64,000 nt of DNA, taken from positions 4,453 through 68,452 of the forward strand of contig JBAWWD010000019.1 in assembly GCA_037146935.1 (NCBI GenBank), written 5' to 3'. Under the pieces are notes generated by a model. That model did no database searches. It was given only the letters and a program-made list of their open reading frames with translations, and was not told where the DNA came from. This DNA is from Burkholderiales bacterium (GTDB taxonomy: Bacteria > Pseudomonadota > Gammaproteobacteria > Burkholderiales > Burkholderiaceae_E). The translations under genes were made by a program, and so were the position numbers. Positions 10,402-20,812 of the stretch are shown here, piece by piece. Position 1 is the first letter of the stretch, and each line of letters opens with the position of its first letter.

Positions 10402-11387
10402 GACTGCCCGACCAGCCACTCGACGTAGCTGGCCACGCCCTGTTCGACGGTGAGGAACGCGTAATCGCAACCGGCCTGCCGCAGCAGGGCATGGTCGGCC
10501 TGCGTGAAGCTCTGGTACTTGCCCTTGAGCGCATCGGGGAAGGGCACGTAGCGCAGCAGGCCCGCCTCGACCAGTTGCGGCAGCGTCAGCACCGGTTTGC
10601 CCTCGAGCCGGCGCAACGTGTTGAGCACCGTGACCGCCACATCGTTGAAGGGCTGGGCGCGGCCCGTGCCGGCGTTGAAGATGCCATGCGAGCCGGGGCG
10701 GTCGAGGAAATGCAGGTTGAGCGCCACCACGTCATCCACGTGGACGAAGTCGCGGGTCTGCTCGCCCGGGCCCCAGCCATCCCAGCCTTCGAAGAGCCGC
10801 ACGTGGCCCTCGGCGCGGTACTGACCCACGCAGTGGAAGGCCACCGAGGCCATGCGTGCCTTGTGGGTCTCGCGCGGGCCATAGACGTTGAAGTAGCGAA
10901 GACCGACCAGCGTGGAGGCGGGCACGCCGGTGGCCAGGCGCTGGCGCACGATCTGGTCGAACAGGAACTTGGAGTAGCCGTAGACGTTGAGCGGCGACTC
11001 GCAGCGGCGCTCCTCGACGAACTCGCTGCCGCCGCCATAGACCGCTGCCGACGAGGCGTAGACGTAGGCGATGCGGTGGCGCCCGGTGAACTCCAGCAGG
11101 CGCATGGAGTACCGGTAGTTGTTCTCCATCATGTAGCGGCCATCGGACTCCATGGTGTCGGAGCACGCGCCCTGATGGAGGATGGCCTCGGCGCCGGCGA
11201 ATTCGTCCAGGCGCTCGAGAAACTCGCGCTTGTCGAGGTAGTCGGTGATGTCGGCGCCGACCAGGTTGCGGAACTTGTCGGCCCGGGAAAGGTTGTCGAC
11301 CGCGACGATGTCGCGGCGACCACGGGCGTTGAGCGCATGGACCAGGTTGCTGCCGATGAAGCCGGCCGCGCCGGTGACGATGATCAT
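10398..11387 (-). CDS. hldD: ADP-L-glycero-D-manno-heptose 6-epimerase
   Basis: 329 aa with [39 protein letters not shown] and the typical HldD/RfaD C-terminus. Confidence 0.95.
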   Translation of the reverse strand: MIIVTGAAGFIGSNLVHALNARGRRDIVAVDNLSRADKFRNLVGADITDYLDKREFLERLDEFAGAEAILHQGACSDTMESDGRYMMENNYRYSMRLLEFTGRHRIAYVYASSAAVYGGGSEFVEERRCESPLNVYGYSKFLFDQIVRQRLATGVPASTLVGLRYFNVYGPRETHKARMASVAFHCVGQYRAEGHVRLFEGWDGWGPGEQTRDFVHVDDVVALNLHFLDRPGSHGIFNAGTGRAQPFNDVAVTVLNTLRRLEGKPVLTLPQLVEAGLLRYVPFPDALKGKYQSFTQADHALLRQAGCDYAFLTVEQGVASYVEWLVGQS

Positions 11388-12310
11388 GGGTGCTCTCCAA
11401 AGAGTTCGGCCGGGCTCACCGAGGCCGTGCCCAGCTTGCCCACCACGATGCCGCCGGCGCGATTGGCCAGGCGCATCGCCTCGTCCATGGGCCGCCCCAG
11501 CGCAGTCATGGCCGCCAGCACCGCCACCACGGTGTCGCCCGCGCCCGAGACATCGAACACCTCGCGCGCCTGCGCCGGCACATGCGCCGCGCCGCCGGCC
11601 GAGAACAGGGTCATGCCCTCCTCGGAGCGGGTGAGCAGCAAGTAGGCGATATCGAGCGATTCGCGCAGCGCCTGGGCGCGCCGGTGCAGATCAGGCTCGT
11701 CGGACCAGGCACCAACCACCTCGCGCAGCTCGGCGCGGTTGGGCGTGAGCAGGGTGACGCCGCGATAGCGGGCGTAGTCGTCACCCTTGGGGTCAGCGAT
11801 GATCGGGAGCCCCCGCTCGCGGGCCATGGCGATCAGGCGATCGATCTGGGCGAGACCACCCTTGCCATAGTCGGACAGCACCAGCACGCGCGCCTGCGCG
11901 ATGGCCGCGGCCACGCCATCGAGCTTGCGCTCGAGCGCCGCCGGGCCGGGGGGCTCCTCGAAGTCGATGCGCAGCAGCTGCTGCTGGCGCCCGATCACCC
12001 GCAGCTTGATGATCGTGGGCATGGCCGGATCACGGGCCAGCCGGCAGTCGATGCCCGCGGCACGCGCCATGGCCTCGATGGTGGCCCCGGGCTCGTCGTT
12101 GCCCACCACCCCCACCAGACTGACCGGCGCGCCGAGCGCGGCGAGGTTGTGGGCCACGTTGGCCGCGCCGCCCAGGCGTTCGTCGCGACGGGTGACCCGC
12201 ACCACGGGCACCGGGGCCTCGGGCGAGATGCGCGCCACCTCGCCGAACCAGTAGCGATCGAGCATGACATCACCCACCACCAGCACCCGCGCCGACGCGA
12301 AGCTGATCAT
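11384..12310 (-). CDS. hldA: D-glycero-beta-D-manno-heptose-7-phosphate kinase (RfaE domain I)
   Basis: ORF trimmed to the ATG at 12310, which overlaps the lapB stop. It has [29 protein letters not shown] and the ribokinase-family motif [11 protein letters not shown]. Confidence 0.9.
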   Translation of the reverse strand: MISFASARVLVVGDVMLDRYWFGEVARISPEAPVPVVRVTRRDERLGGAANVAHNLAALGAPVSLVGVVGNDEPGATIEAMARAAGIDCRLARDPAMPTIIKLRVIGRQQQLLRIDFEEPPGPAALERKLDGVAAAIAQARVLVLSDYGKGGLAQIDRLIAMARERGLPIIADPKGDDYARYRGVTLLTPNRAELREVVGAWSDEPDLHRRAQALRESLDIAYLLLTRSEEGMTLFSAGGAAHVPAQAREVFDVSGAGDTVVAVLAAMTALGRPMDEAMRLANRAGGIVVGKLGTASVSPAELFGEHP

Positions 12311-13500
12311 CGTGCGACCTCCGTGGCCTGGCCGCGACGCGGCGGATAGCTGTCCCAGCGGCTGCAGCCGGGACACTGCCAGTAGAACTGCCTGGCCTTG
12401 AATCCGCAGTGCATGCAGACATGACGCAGCGCCTGGCCGGCCTGCGGCGCAAGCAGGCGCTGGATGAGTTCGGTGTCGCTGTCGGCCGTGCCGGCGCCGA
12501 GCGCCTTGCGCAGGGCCAGCAGTTTCTCGAGCCCCGGCAGCGAGGGCCGTGAACGCAACTCGGCCTCGACCCAGGCCAGCGCTGCCGCCGCACCCTGCTG
12601 CTGCTGGATGGCATCGGCCAGCGCGGCGAGCGTGTCGGGCCCGGGCTGCTCCTGGTGCGCCTGGCTGAGCGCCGGCAGGGCGTCAGCGGCCCGGCCCAGA
12701 TCAGCATGGGCCTGCAGCCAGCCCCGGGCCACCAGCGCGGCGTGGGCGGGATGACGGCGCAGCAACAGCGACCAGTGGGTGATCGCGCCGGCGGCGTCAC
12801 CCTCGGCCAGGGCATGCTCACCGCGCAGCAGCAAGGGGCGGGGGTGGTCAGGGTCGGCCTGCAGCGCGGCCGCGATCTCGCGCCCGGCCACCGTCAGGCG
12901 ATCGGGCGCCTGCCCGGCCATGGCCTGCGTGGCCAGCTCGCAGTGGAACTGCGCGATCTCCCGGGCGAGGCCGCCGCCGGCATCGCCGGCCTCCTGACGC
13001 ATCTGCTGCGCGAGTGCGATCGCCTGAGGCCAGTCGCGCACCATCTGGGCGATGGCCAGGCGATGGCGCAGCGCGGCCGCGGCGTAGCTGGACCCGGCCA
13101 GACGGTTGAACGCGTCTTCGGCGCGATCGAGCAGACCGGCGCGCAGGAAGTCCTGGCCGAGCTCGAACAGCGCGTGCTCGCGCTGCGCGGCGCCCAGGCC
13201 CGGCCGATCGGCCAGATTCTGGTGCACGCGGATGGCCCGGTCAGTCTCGCCGCGGCGCCGGAAAAGGCTGCCCAGCGCGAAGTGCAGCTCGATGGTCTCG
13301 GGGTCGATGCGCACGCCGTCGAGAAAGGCATCGATGGCCTTGTCGGGCTGCTCGTTGAGCAGGAAATTCAGGCCACGGAAATAGGCATCGGGCAGGCCGC
13401 CCGCGGGTCTGGCCGCCTGACGGGCATCAAGCCGGGCCGCGAACCAGCCCAGGCCGAAGAAGAGCGGGACGGCCAGCAGCCACCAGGTCTGGAATTCCAT
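12307..13500 (-). CDS. lapB: Lipopolysaccharide assembly protein LapB (YciM)
   Basis: 397 aa. It has an N-terminal TM helix, TPR repeats, and the C-terminal rubredoxin-like motif CMHCGFKARQFYWQCPGCSRWDSYPP. Confidence 0.9.
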   Translation of the reverse strand: MEFQTWWLLAVPLFFGLGWFAARLDARQAARPAGGLPDAYFRGLNFLLNEQPDKAIDAFLDGVRIDPETIELHFALGSLFRRRGETDRAIRVHQNLADRPGLGAAQREHALFELGQDFLRAGLLDRAEDAFNRLAGSSYAAAALRHRLAIAQMVRDWPQAIALAQQMRQEAGDAGGGLAREIAQFHCELATQAMAGQAPDRLTVAGREIAAALQADPDHPRPLLLRGEHALAEGDAAGAITHWSLLLRRHPAHAALVARGWLQAHADLGRAADALPALSQAHQEQPGPDTLAALADAIQQQQGAAAALAWVEAELRSRPSLPGLEKLLALRKALGAGTADSDTELIQRLLAPQAGQALRHVCMHCGFKARQFYWQCPGCSRWDSYPPRRGQATEVAR

Positions 13501-13505
13501 GGGGC

Positions 13506-13817
13506 TCAGGCCGCGCCGTCAGCGGCATCGGGCCCGGGGCTGGGCGCGGCGGCGGCGGCCGGGGTCCGGGCGGCGGCGGCAAGCTCGCGGCGCAGGCGGC
13601 CGATCTCGCGGCGCTGGCGAAACAGCGTGGGCACCACGCCGGCAATGCCCAGCGCCGTGCCGGCCGCGAAGAAGCCGAGCAGGAAGATCACCAGGGGGGC
13701 GCGCCATTCGGCCTCGATGCCGAAGAAGCGCAGTTCGACCACGCCGGTGTTGGACAGCGCGAAGCCGAGCGCTGCGAGGAACAGCAGCACGCGGGCGGTC
13801 CAGGCGATGAGCTTCAT
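13506..13817 (-). CDS. lapA: Lipopolysaccharide assembly protein LapA (YciS, DUF1049)
   Basis: 103 aa with two TM helices. It lies directly upstream of lapB and downstream of ihfB. Confidence 0.8.
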   Translation of the reverse strand: MKLIAWTARVLLFLAALGFALSNTGVVELRFFGIEAEWRAPLVIFLLGFFAAGTALGIAGVVPTLFRQRREIGRLRRELAAAARTPAAAAAPSPGPDAADGAA

Positions 13818-13897
13818 GGCAGACGCGAGCGTCTCATGGATGGGGCAGGCGGCGCATCAGGCCGGCGACTCAGCCGGCTGGCCGATGGGCCCATGGG

Positions 13898-14191
13898 TCA
13901 GTCCGCGCGCGGGGCGGCGTCGACCCGCTCGCGCAGCTCCTTGCCCGGCTTGAAATGCGGCACCCGCTTCTCGGGCACCAGCACGCGCTCGCCCGACTTG
14001 GGATTGCGGCCGATGCGCGGCGGGCGATGGGAAAGCGAGAAGCTGCCGAATCCGCGGATCTCGATACGCCGCCCCTCGGCGAGGGTGCGGGCCATGGCAT
14101 CGAGAATGGTACGGACCGCGAACTCGGCGTCCTTGGCAACCAGTTGCGGATAGCGCTCCGCCAGCCGGCCGATGAGTTCGGACTTGGTCAT
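13898..14191 (-). CDS. ihfB: Integration host factor subunit beta
   Basis: [17 protein letters not shown]...[48 protein letters not shown] trimmed to the ATG at 14191. Confidence 0.95.
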   Translation of the reverse strand: MTKSELIGRLAERYPQLVAKDAEFAVRTILDAMARTLAEGRRIEIRGFGSFSLSHRPPRIGRNPKSGERVLVPEKRVPHFKPGKELRERVDAAPRAD

Positions 14192-14277
14192 CGTGGGGAC
14201 ATCGTCTCCACGATCATCGATCAAGTCATCACGCATGGCCGCTGGCGCAGGGGCGATCGCTCAGGCTGCCGCGACGA

Positions 14278-15960
14278 TCACTGGTCCTTCTGGCTGTCGA
14301 GCTTGGCACGCAGCAGGGCACCGAGATTGGTGGTGCCCGACACCGCCGAGCTCTCCGCGGCGATGCGCTGCATCGCCTCGGCGGTCTCGACGTTGTCCTT
14401 GGCCTTGATCGACAGGCTGATGGAGCGGGTCTTGCGGTCGACGTTGATGACCATGGCCTCGACCGAATCGCCTTCCTTCAGCAGGTTGCGGGCATCCTCG
14501 ACCCGGTCACGCGACAGCTCGGAGGCCCGCAGGTAGCCCTCGATGTCGTTGCCCAGGTCGATGACCGCGCCGCGCGGCTCGACGCTCTTGACCAGACCGC
14601 GCACCACGCTGCCCTTCTCGTGGGTGCCGGCGTAGTTGTTGAACGGATCGCCCTCGAGCTGCTTGATGCCCAGGGAGATGCGCTCGCGCTCGGTGTCGAT
14701 GGCCAGCACCACGGCCTCGACCTCGTCGCCCTTCTTGAACTCGCGCACCGCCTCCTCGCCCGACTTGTTCCAGGAGAGGTCGGACAGATGGACCAGGCCG
14801 TCGATGCCGCCGGGCAGGCCGATGAACACGCCGAAGTCGGTGATCGACTTGATGGTGCCGCGGACCTTGTCGTTCTTGCGATGGTTGTCGGAGAACTCTT
14901 CCCAGGGGTTGGGCTTGCACTGCTTCATGCCCAGCGAGATGCGACGACGGTCCTCGTCGATCTCGAGCACCATGACCTCGACCTCGTCGTTGAGCGAGAC
15001 CACCTTGCCGGGGTTGACGTTCTTGTTGGTCCAGTCCATCTCGGACACGTGCACCAGGCCCTCGATGCCCGGCTCGATCTCGACGAACGAGCCGTAGTCG
15101 GTGATGTTGGTGACCTTGCCGAACATGCGGGTGCCCTGCGGGTAGCGCCGGCCGATGCCGATCCAGGGATCGTCGCCGAGCTGCTTGACGCCCAGGGAGA
15201 CGCGGTTCTTCTCCTGGTCGAACTTGAGCACCTTGGCGGTGACTTCCTGGCCCACGGCCAGCACCTCGGAGGGGTGACGCACGCGACGCCAGGCCATGTC
15301 GGTGATGTGCAGCAGGCCGTCGATGCCGCCGAGGTCGATGAACGCGCCGTAGTCGGTGATGTTCTTGACCACGCCCTTGACGATCGCTCCCTCGTGCAGG
15401 GTCTCGAGCAGCTTGGCGCGCTCTTCGCCCTGGGTGAGCTCGATGACGGCGCGGCGCGACAGCACCACGTTGTTGCGCTTGCGGTCGAGCTTGATGACGC
15501 GGAACTCGAGGGTCTTGCCCTCGAAGGGGGTGGTGTCCTTGACCGGACGGGTGTCGATCAGCGAGCCCGGCAGGAACGCGCGGATGCCGTTGGTCATGAC
15601 GGTGAGGCCGCCCTTGACCTTGCCGGTGATGGTGCCGGTGACCAGCTCGGCGCTGTCGAGCGCCTTCTCGAGGTTGATCCAGGCGGCCAGGCGCTTGGCG
15701 CGGTCGCGCGACAGGCGGGTCTCGCCGTAGCCGTTCTCGAGCGAATCGATGGCCACGCTGACGAAGTCGCCCTCGGCGACGTCGAGCTCACCCCGATCGT
15801 TGTGGAACTCGGCAATGTCGATGTAGCTCTCGGACTTCAGTCCGGCGTTCACGACCACGAAGTTGTGGTCGATGCGCACGACCTCGGCCATGATGACTTC
15901 GCCAGCCCGCATCTCCTTCAGGGAGAGCGACTCTTCAAAGAGCTGGGCGAAACTTTCCAT
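14278..15960 (-). CDS. rpsA: 30S ribosomal protein S1
   Basis: Six S1 repeats. The start [22 protein letters not shown] is at the ATG at 15960. The ORF extends spuriously to 16293. Confidence 0.95.
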   Translation of the reverse strand: MESFAQLFEESLSLKEMRAGEVIMAEVVRIDHNFVVVNAGLKSESYIDIAEFHNDRGELDVAEGDFVSVAIDSLENGYGETRLSRDRAKRLAAWINLEKALDSAELVTGTITGKVKGGLTVMTNGIRAFLPGSLIDTRPVKDTTPFEGKTLEFRVIKLDRKRNNVVLSRRAVIELTQGEERAKLLETLHEGAIVKGVVKNITDYGAFIDLGGIDGLLHITDMAWRRVRHPSEVLAVGQEVTAKVLKFDQEKNRVSLGVKQLGDDPWIGIGRRYPQGTRMFGKVTNITDYGSFVEIEPGIEGLVHVSEMDWTNKNVNPGKVVSLNDEVEVMVLEIDEDRRRISLGMKQCKPNPWEEFSDNHRKNDKVRGTIKSITDFGVFIGLPGGIDGLVHLSDLSWNKSGEEAVREFKKGDEVEAVVLAIDTERERISLGIKQLEGDPFNNYAGTHEKGSVVRGLVKSVEPRGAVIDLGNDIEGYLRASELSRDRVEDARNLLKEGDSVEAMVINVDRKTRSISLSIKAKDNVETAEAMQRIAAESSAVSGTTNLGALLRAKLDSQKDQ

Positions 15961-16213
15961 GGCGGGGACGGCAGTGGTTGCAGTGGTCAATTTGGTTTCC
16001 GGATGAATCACGCCGGGGCGCGGGTCGGCATGGCCTGGCAGGGCCCATGCGCGGGATACCGTCCTGCGGCGGTGTTGACACAAGCCCGCGCCAGGCCAGC
16101 CGGCAGGCCAGCCGCCGGCAAGACCGGAAGCGGGAACCTGTGACGAGTTGGCCAGGGCGCGAGCACCCTTGGCGGACGGCCTGCAGCCAGTCGGGTGAGC
16201 CCGACCGGCGGTG

Positions 16214-16897
16214 TCAGCCGCCCTGGCGGCGCCAGGCCTGCAGCACGCGCTCGACCGTCTGGGAGATGTCGAGCCGTGTGGAGTCGATGGCAACCGCCCC
16301 TTCGGCAGCCTGCAGGGGCGACAGCGCCCGCGAGGTGTCGCGCGCGTCCCGCTCCTGCAAATCCTGCAAAAGACCCGGGAGGCTAGCAGAAATTCCCTTT
16401 TCGATCAACTGCTTATAACGGCGCTCGGCGCGCGAGGCGGCGCTGGCCGTGAGGAAGATCTTCAGGGGGGCGTCGGGGAACACCACGGTGCCCATGTCGC
16501 GGCCGTCGGCCACCAGCCCGGGCGGGCGCCGCGCGGCGCGCTGCATGGCGAGCAGCCCCTGGCGCACCGGCCCCAGCGCGGCGATTCGCGAGGCCGCGAC
16601 GCCCACCGCCTCCTGGCGGATCTCGTCGCCCACCAGCCGGCCTGCCAGGCTCAGGCCCTGGTCGGTGTAGGCCAGCGGCAGCGTGTCGGCGAGGCGCCCC
16701 AGGGCCGGCCCGTCATCGAGCGCGATGCCCATCTCGAGCGCCCGCCAGGCGAGCAGGCGATAGAGCGCGCCCGAGTCGAGCATGTGCCAGCCCAGGGCGC
16801 GCGCCACCTCGAGGGCCACCGTGCCCTTGCCCGAGGCGGTGGGGCCGTCGATGGCGATCACCGGCGCGGGCGCCACGGCGGCCGCGCCGGCGCTCAT
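16214..16897 (-). CDS. cmk: Cytidylate kinase
   Basis: It has [16 protein letters not shown] (P-loop) and LDSGALYR. The ATG at 16897 overlaps the aroA stop (ATGA). Confidence 0.95.
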   Translation of the reverse strand: MSAGAAAVAPAPVIAIDGPTASGKGTVALEVARALGWHMLDSGALYRLLAWRALEMGIALDDGPALGRLADTLPLAYTDQGLSLAGRLVGDEIRQEAVGVAASRIAALGPVRQGLLAMQRAARRPPGLVADGRDMGTVVFPDAPLKIFLTASAASRAERRYKQLIEKGISASLPGLLQDLQERDARDTSRALSPLQAAEGAVAIDSTRLDISQTVERVLQAWRRQGG

Positions 16898-18222
16898 GCC
16901 GCGCCCCGCTCGACGATGCCCAGGCCCGCCTCGGCCGCCAGCCGGGTGAAGCCGGGAAAGGAGGTGGCGACATTGGCGGTGTCGCGGATGCGCACCGGGC
17001 GCGAGGCCCGCAAGGCGGCGATCGCCATGGCCATGGCGATCCGGTGATCGCCGAGGGACTCGACCACGCCACCGGCAAAGGGCAGGGCCTCGCCGCCGCG
17101 GCCCTCGATCACCATGCCGTCCTCGGTGGCCTGCACGGGCATGCCCACCGCGGCCAGCGCGTCGGCCATGGCCGCGATGCGGTCGGACTCCTTGACGCGC
17201 AGCTCATGGGCGCCGGTGACCACCGTGCGGCCCTGCGCGCAGGCGGCCGCCACGAAGAGCACCGGGAATTCATCGATGGCCAGCGGCACGAGTTCGGGGG
17301 GAACGTCGATGCCGCGCAACGCGGCGCTGCGCACCCGCAGGTCGGCCACCGGCTCGCCGCCCACGGTGCGCGGATCGAGCACGGCGATGTCGGCGCCCAT
17401 CAGGCGCAGGATGTCGATCACGCCGGTGCGGGTGGGGTTCATGCCGACATGCGCGAGCGTGAGATCGGAGCCCTCCGCGATGGAGGCGCCCACCAGGAAG
17501 AAGGCCGCCGAGGAGATGTCGGCGGGCACGTCGAGCGTGGCCGCGCGCAGCGTCTGGCCGCCCTGCAGCCAGGCGCGCGGGCCCTCGCGGTGCACCTGCA
17601 CACCGAAGCCGGCCAGCATGCGCTCGGTGTGATCGCGGGTGGGCGCGGGCTCGGTCACCGCGGTGACACCCTCGGCGTACAGACCGGCCAGCAGCACGGC
17701 CGACTTCACCTGGGCGCTGGCCACGCTCATGTCGAAGTCGATGCCGCGCAGCCCGTCCGAGGGCAGGATGCGCACCGGCGGCGTGCCGCCCGCCGTGGTC
17801 TCGATGCGGGCACCCATGCGCGCGAGCGGCTCCGACACCCGGCGCATGGGCCGACGCGAGAGGCTCTCGTCACCGACCAGCACGGTCTCGAAGCGCTGGC
17901 CGCAGAGCAGGCCCATCAGCAGCCGCATGGCGGTGCCGGCGTTGCCGCAGTCAAGCGGGCCCGCGGGCGGGCGCAGGCCGTGCAGGCCCACGCCATGCAC
18001 GCTGACCCGGCCCTGGTCGGGCCCGTCGATGCGCACGCCCATGGCGCGGAACACGTTGCGGGTGGACAGCGCGTCAGCGCCCTCGAGAAAGCCGCTGACC
18101 TGCGTGGTGCCCTCGGCCAGCGCGCCCAGCATGATGGCGCGGTGCGAGATCGACTTGTCGCCAGGTACCCGCAGACGACCCGTGAGCCTGCCGCCGCCGG
18201 AGACCTCGAAATCCGATGCCAT
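16894..18222 (-). CDS. aroA: 3-phosphoshikimate 1-carboxyvinyltransferase (EPSP synthase)
   Basis: The start at ATG 18222 gives [38 protein letters not shown]. It also has [13 protein letters not shown] and RVKESDRI. Confidence 0.95.
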   Translation of the reverse strand: MASDFEVSGGGRLTGRLRVPGDKSISHRAIMLGALAEGTTQVSGFLEGADALSTRNVFRAMGVRIDGPDQGRVSVHGVGLHGLRPPAGPLDCGNAGTAMRLLMGLLCGQRFETVLVGDESLSRRPMRRVSEPLARMGARIETTAGGTPPVRILPSDGLRGIDFDMSVASAQVKSAVLLAGLYAEGVTAVTEPAPTRDHTERMLAGFGVQVHREGPRAWLQGGQTLRAATLDVPADISSAAFFLVGASIAEGSDLTLAHVGMNPTRTGVIDILRLMGADIAVLDPRTVGGEPVADLRVRSAALRGIDVPPELVPLAIDEFPVLFVAAACAQGRTVVTGAHELRVKESDRIAAMADALAAVGMPVQATEDGMVIEGRGGEALPFAGGVVESLGDHRIAMAMAIAALRASRPVRIRDTANVATSFPGFTRLAAEAGLGIVERGAA

Positions 18223-18346
18223 GAAAAAGTTCCTGTGAAGGCGGTGCCGGCCGGCGCACCATCCGGACAACCAGATCAAGAGGGCGCGCAAGGGACTGCC
18301 CGCGCGCAGCACCACGATTCTACCGGGCAGGGAGGCCCGGCCCGAG

Positions 18347-18829
18347 ATGCAGCCAGAACCCGACCAGGATCCGATCGTCAGGGCACTGCTCGGGCGGATA
18401 TCGGCGCAGGCCGCGCAATCGGTGCGCCAGACGCGCAGGGCTGCGCCCCGCGACGAGCAGCCGCAGGAATCCGTGCCGGTGAGCGTGCCGCAGCCCGCCC
18501 ATGACGCCGTGCCGGCGGGCAATCCGGGCCGGCGCGCCAGCGACCAGAACACCCGGCCCCGCCTGCCGGCGATGTTGAGCGATCACGCGGTCGGTCTGCT
18601 GCAGGCCCTGCCGCACGAGATGCGCCTGCCGGAACTGCGCCGCGCGTTCCCGCGCATCCTGAACCACATCGCAGCGCTCTGGGACGATCCGCGCGCCCTG
18701 CACCGCTACTTCGATACCCTGCTGATCGACACCCGTGGCAGCCGGCAGGGATTCTCGTTCGGGGTGGTGGCCGAGCTGAGCGAGCTGCGCGCCTACCACC
18801 TGCGCATCATCGGCGGCGGCCGCTACTGA
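18347..18829 (+). CDS. Hypothetical protein on the opposite strand between aroA and tyrA
   Basis: 160 aa ORF with GC-rich third codon positions throughout. The N-terminal half is low-complexity. The C-terminal ~85 aa (MLSDHAVGLLQALPHEMRLPELRRAFPRILNHIAALWDDPRALHRYFDTLLIDTRGSRQGFSFGVVAELSELRAYH) look globular. I recognise no family, and the start is uncertain. Confidence 0.5.
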   Translation: MQPEPDQDPIVRALLGRISAQAAQSVRQTRRAAPRDEQPQESVPVSVPQPAHDAVPAGNPGRRASDQNTRPRLPAMLSDHAVGLLQALPHEMRLPELRRAFPRILNHIAALWDDPRALHRYFDTLLIDTRGSRQGFSFGVVAELSELRAYHLRIIGGGRY

Positions 18830-18839
18830 GCGCCGTCCG

Positions 18840-19712
18840 CTAACCCAGCGCGCGCCGCCAGGCGCTCGCCGCCTCGAAGCGCGCGATCAGCGCGTCACGA
18901 TCCCCGCCCCTCAGATCAGCCAGCAGCGCCTCGAGCTCGGCCTGAAAGGCAGCAGCGCTGCGCAGCACAGGCTCGCGGTTGTCGAGCAGGATGTCGGCCC
19001 ACAGCGCCGGCGCCGAGGCGCCGATGCGGGTGGTGTCACGCAGCCCGGCGCCCGCCATGCGCAGCGCGTCATCCGGGCATTCGCCGCGGGCGATGGCCGC
19101 GCACAGCGCGAACACCAGCGCATGCGGCCAGTGCGAGACCTCGGCGAACACCCGGTCATGCCGGGCAGGGTCGAGCTCGACCACGCGCGCGCCCAGCGCC
19201 CGCCAGAAGCCGCTGACCGACGCCACGGCCGCCTGACCGTTGCCGGCATGCGGGCACACCACCGCCACCGCGCGCTGGAAGAGATCGGCGCGCGCGGCGG
19301 ATGGCCCGTGCCGTTCGGAGCCGGCGATGGGGTGCGCCGGCACGAAGCGCGCGAACGCCGCGCCCAGGGCCTCGCGGGCCGCGGCCACCGTGGATGCCTT
19401 GGTGCTGGCGCAGTCGGTGATCAGCGCCTGCGGCTCCAGGTGCGGGACAAGCGCGCGAAAGAGGTCCGGCAGGGCCGGCACCGGGGCGGCCAGCACCACC
19501 AGATCGGCGCCGCGCACCGCATCGGCCACGCTCTCGCAGGCACTGTCGATCAGGCCCAGTGCCAGCGCCTGCGCGGCATCGTCGCCCATGGCATGGCCGG
19601 CGACATGCGCTGCGCAGCCCGAGGCCCGCGCGGCCGCCGCCACCGATCCACCGATCAGACCCACCCCGAGCAGGGCCACCCGCCGGAAGGCGGGCTCATG
19701 CGTCGCGGCCAC
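18840..19712 (-). CDS. tyrA: Prephenate dehydrogenase
   Basis: It has RRVALLGVGLIGGSVAAAAR (NAD fold), HPIAGSE and SHWPH. The start is set to the GTG at 19712, just after the hisC stop. The ORF is open to 19796. Confidence 0.85.
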   Translation of the reverse strand: MAATHEPAFRRVALLGVGLIGGSVAAAARASGCAAHVAGHAMGDDAAQALALGLIDSACESVADAVRGADLVVLAAPVPALPDLFRALVPHLEPQALITDCASTKASTVAAAREALGAAFARFVPAHPIAGSERHGPSAARADLFQRAVAVVCPHAGNGQAAVASVSGFWRALGARVVELDPARHDRVFAEVSHWPHALVFALCAAIARGECPDDALRMAGAGLRDTTRIGASAPALWADILLDNREPVLRSAAAFQAELEALLADLRGGDRDALIARFEAASAWRRALG

Positions 19713-19720
19713 GACGGCGC

Positions 19721-20812
19721 TCAGGCGAGCGCGCCGCGCAGGGCGGTGAGAAAGGCCTCGTTCTCGGCGGGCAGGCCCACCGACACGCGCAGCCACTCGG
19801 GCAGCCCATAACCGGCCACCGGGCGCACGATCACGCCGGCGCGCAGCAGCCGCTCGTAGACCGCGGCAGCGTCGCCCACCTTCACCAGCACGAAGTTGCC
19901 GTACGACGTCACATGGGTGAGGCCCATCTCGGTGAAGGCCGACTGGAGGCGATCGAGGCCCTCGCGGTTGACCTCGTAGCTGCGCTGCAGGAAGGCGTCA
20001 TCAGAGAGCGCGGCCACGGCCGCCGCCTGGGCGAGCGAGTTCACGTTGAAGGGCTGGCGCACCCGGTTGAGGAGGTCGGTGAGCTCGGGCTGGGCAATGC
20101 CGAAGCCCACCCGCAGCCCGGCAAGCCCATAGGCCTTGGAGAAGGTGCGCGAGATCAGCAGGTTGGGGTAGCGGCGCACCCAGGCCGTGGAATCGAAGCG
20201 GTCTTCGGGGCGCAGATACTCGTTGTAGGCCTCGTCGAGCACCACCACCACCGAGGCCGGCACGCGCGCCAGGAAGGCCTCGATCTGCGCGGCCGACACG
20301 AAGGTGCCGGTGGGATTGTTGGGATTGGCGATGAACACCAGCCGGGTGTCGGCCGCCACCGCCGCCGCCATCGCGGGCAGATCGTGGCCCAGGTTGAGCG
20401 CCGGCACCACGATGGCGCGCGCCCCGACCTCCTGGGTGGCCAGCGCATACACCGCAAAGCTGTGCTGGGCATAGACGATCGACTCGCCGGCCTGCACCAG
20501 CGCGTGCGCGGCCAGCTCGAGGATGTCGTTGGAGCCGTTGCCCAGGGTGATCCAGTCGGCCGGCACGCCATAGCGCGCCGCGAGCGCCGCCTTGAGCTCG
20601 AACCCGTTGGAATCGGGGTAGCGACCGAGCTCGGCCACCGCGGCCATCATGGCCTGGCGGGCCGACTCGGGCATGCCCAGCGGGTTCTCGTTGGAGGCGA
20701 GCTTGACGATGCCGGCCTCCGACAAGCCGTACTCGCGGGCGAGTTCGGAGATCGGCTTGCCAGCCTGGTAGGGCGCGATGCGGCGGACGTGGTCGGGGGC
20801 GTGCAGCGTCAT
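19721..20812 (-). CDS. hisC: Histidinol-phosphate / aromatic aminotransferase
   Basis: The ATG at 20812 overlaps the pheA stop (ATGA). It has IVKLASNENPLG, GNGSNDILE and ISRTFSKAYGLAGLRVG (PLP lysine). Confidence 0.9.
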   Translation of the reverse strand: MTLHAPDHVRRIAPYQAGKPISELAREYGLSEAGIVKLASNENPLGMPESARQAMMAAVAELGRYPDSNGFELKAALAARYGVPADWITLGNGSNDILELAAHALVQAGESIVYAQHSFAVYALATQEVGARAIVVPALNLGHDLPAMAAAVAADTRLVFIANPNNPTGTFVSAAQIEAFLARVPASVVVVLDEAYNEYLRPEDRFDSTAWVRRYPNLLISRTFSKAYGLAGLRVGFGIAQPELTDLLNRVRQPFNVNSLAQAAAVAALSDDAFLQRSYEVNREGLDRLQSAFTEMGLTHVTSYGNFVLVKVGDAAAVYERLLRAGVIVRPVAGYGLPEWLRVSVGLPAENEAFLTALRGALA

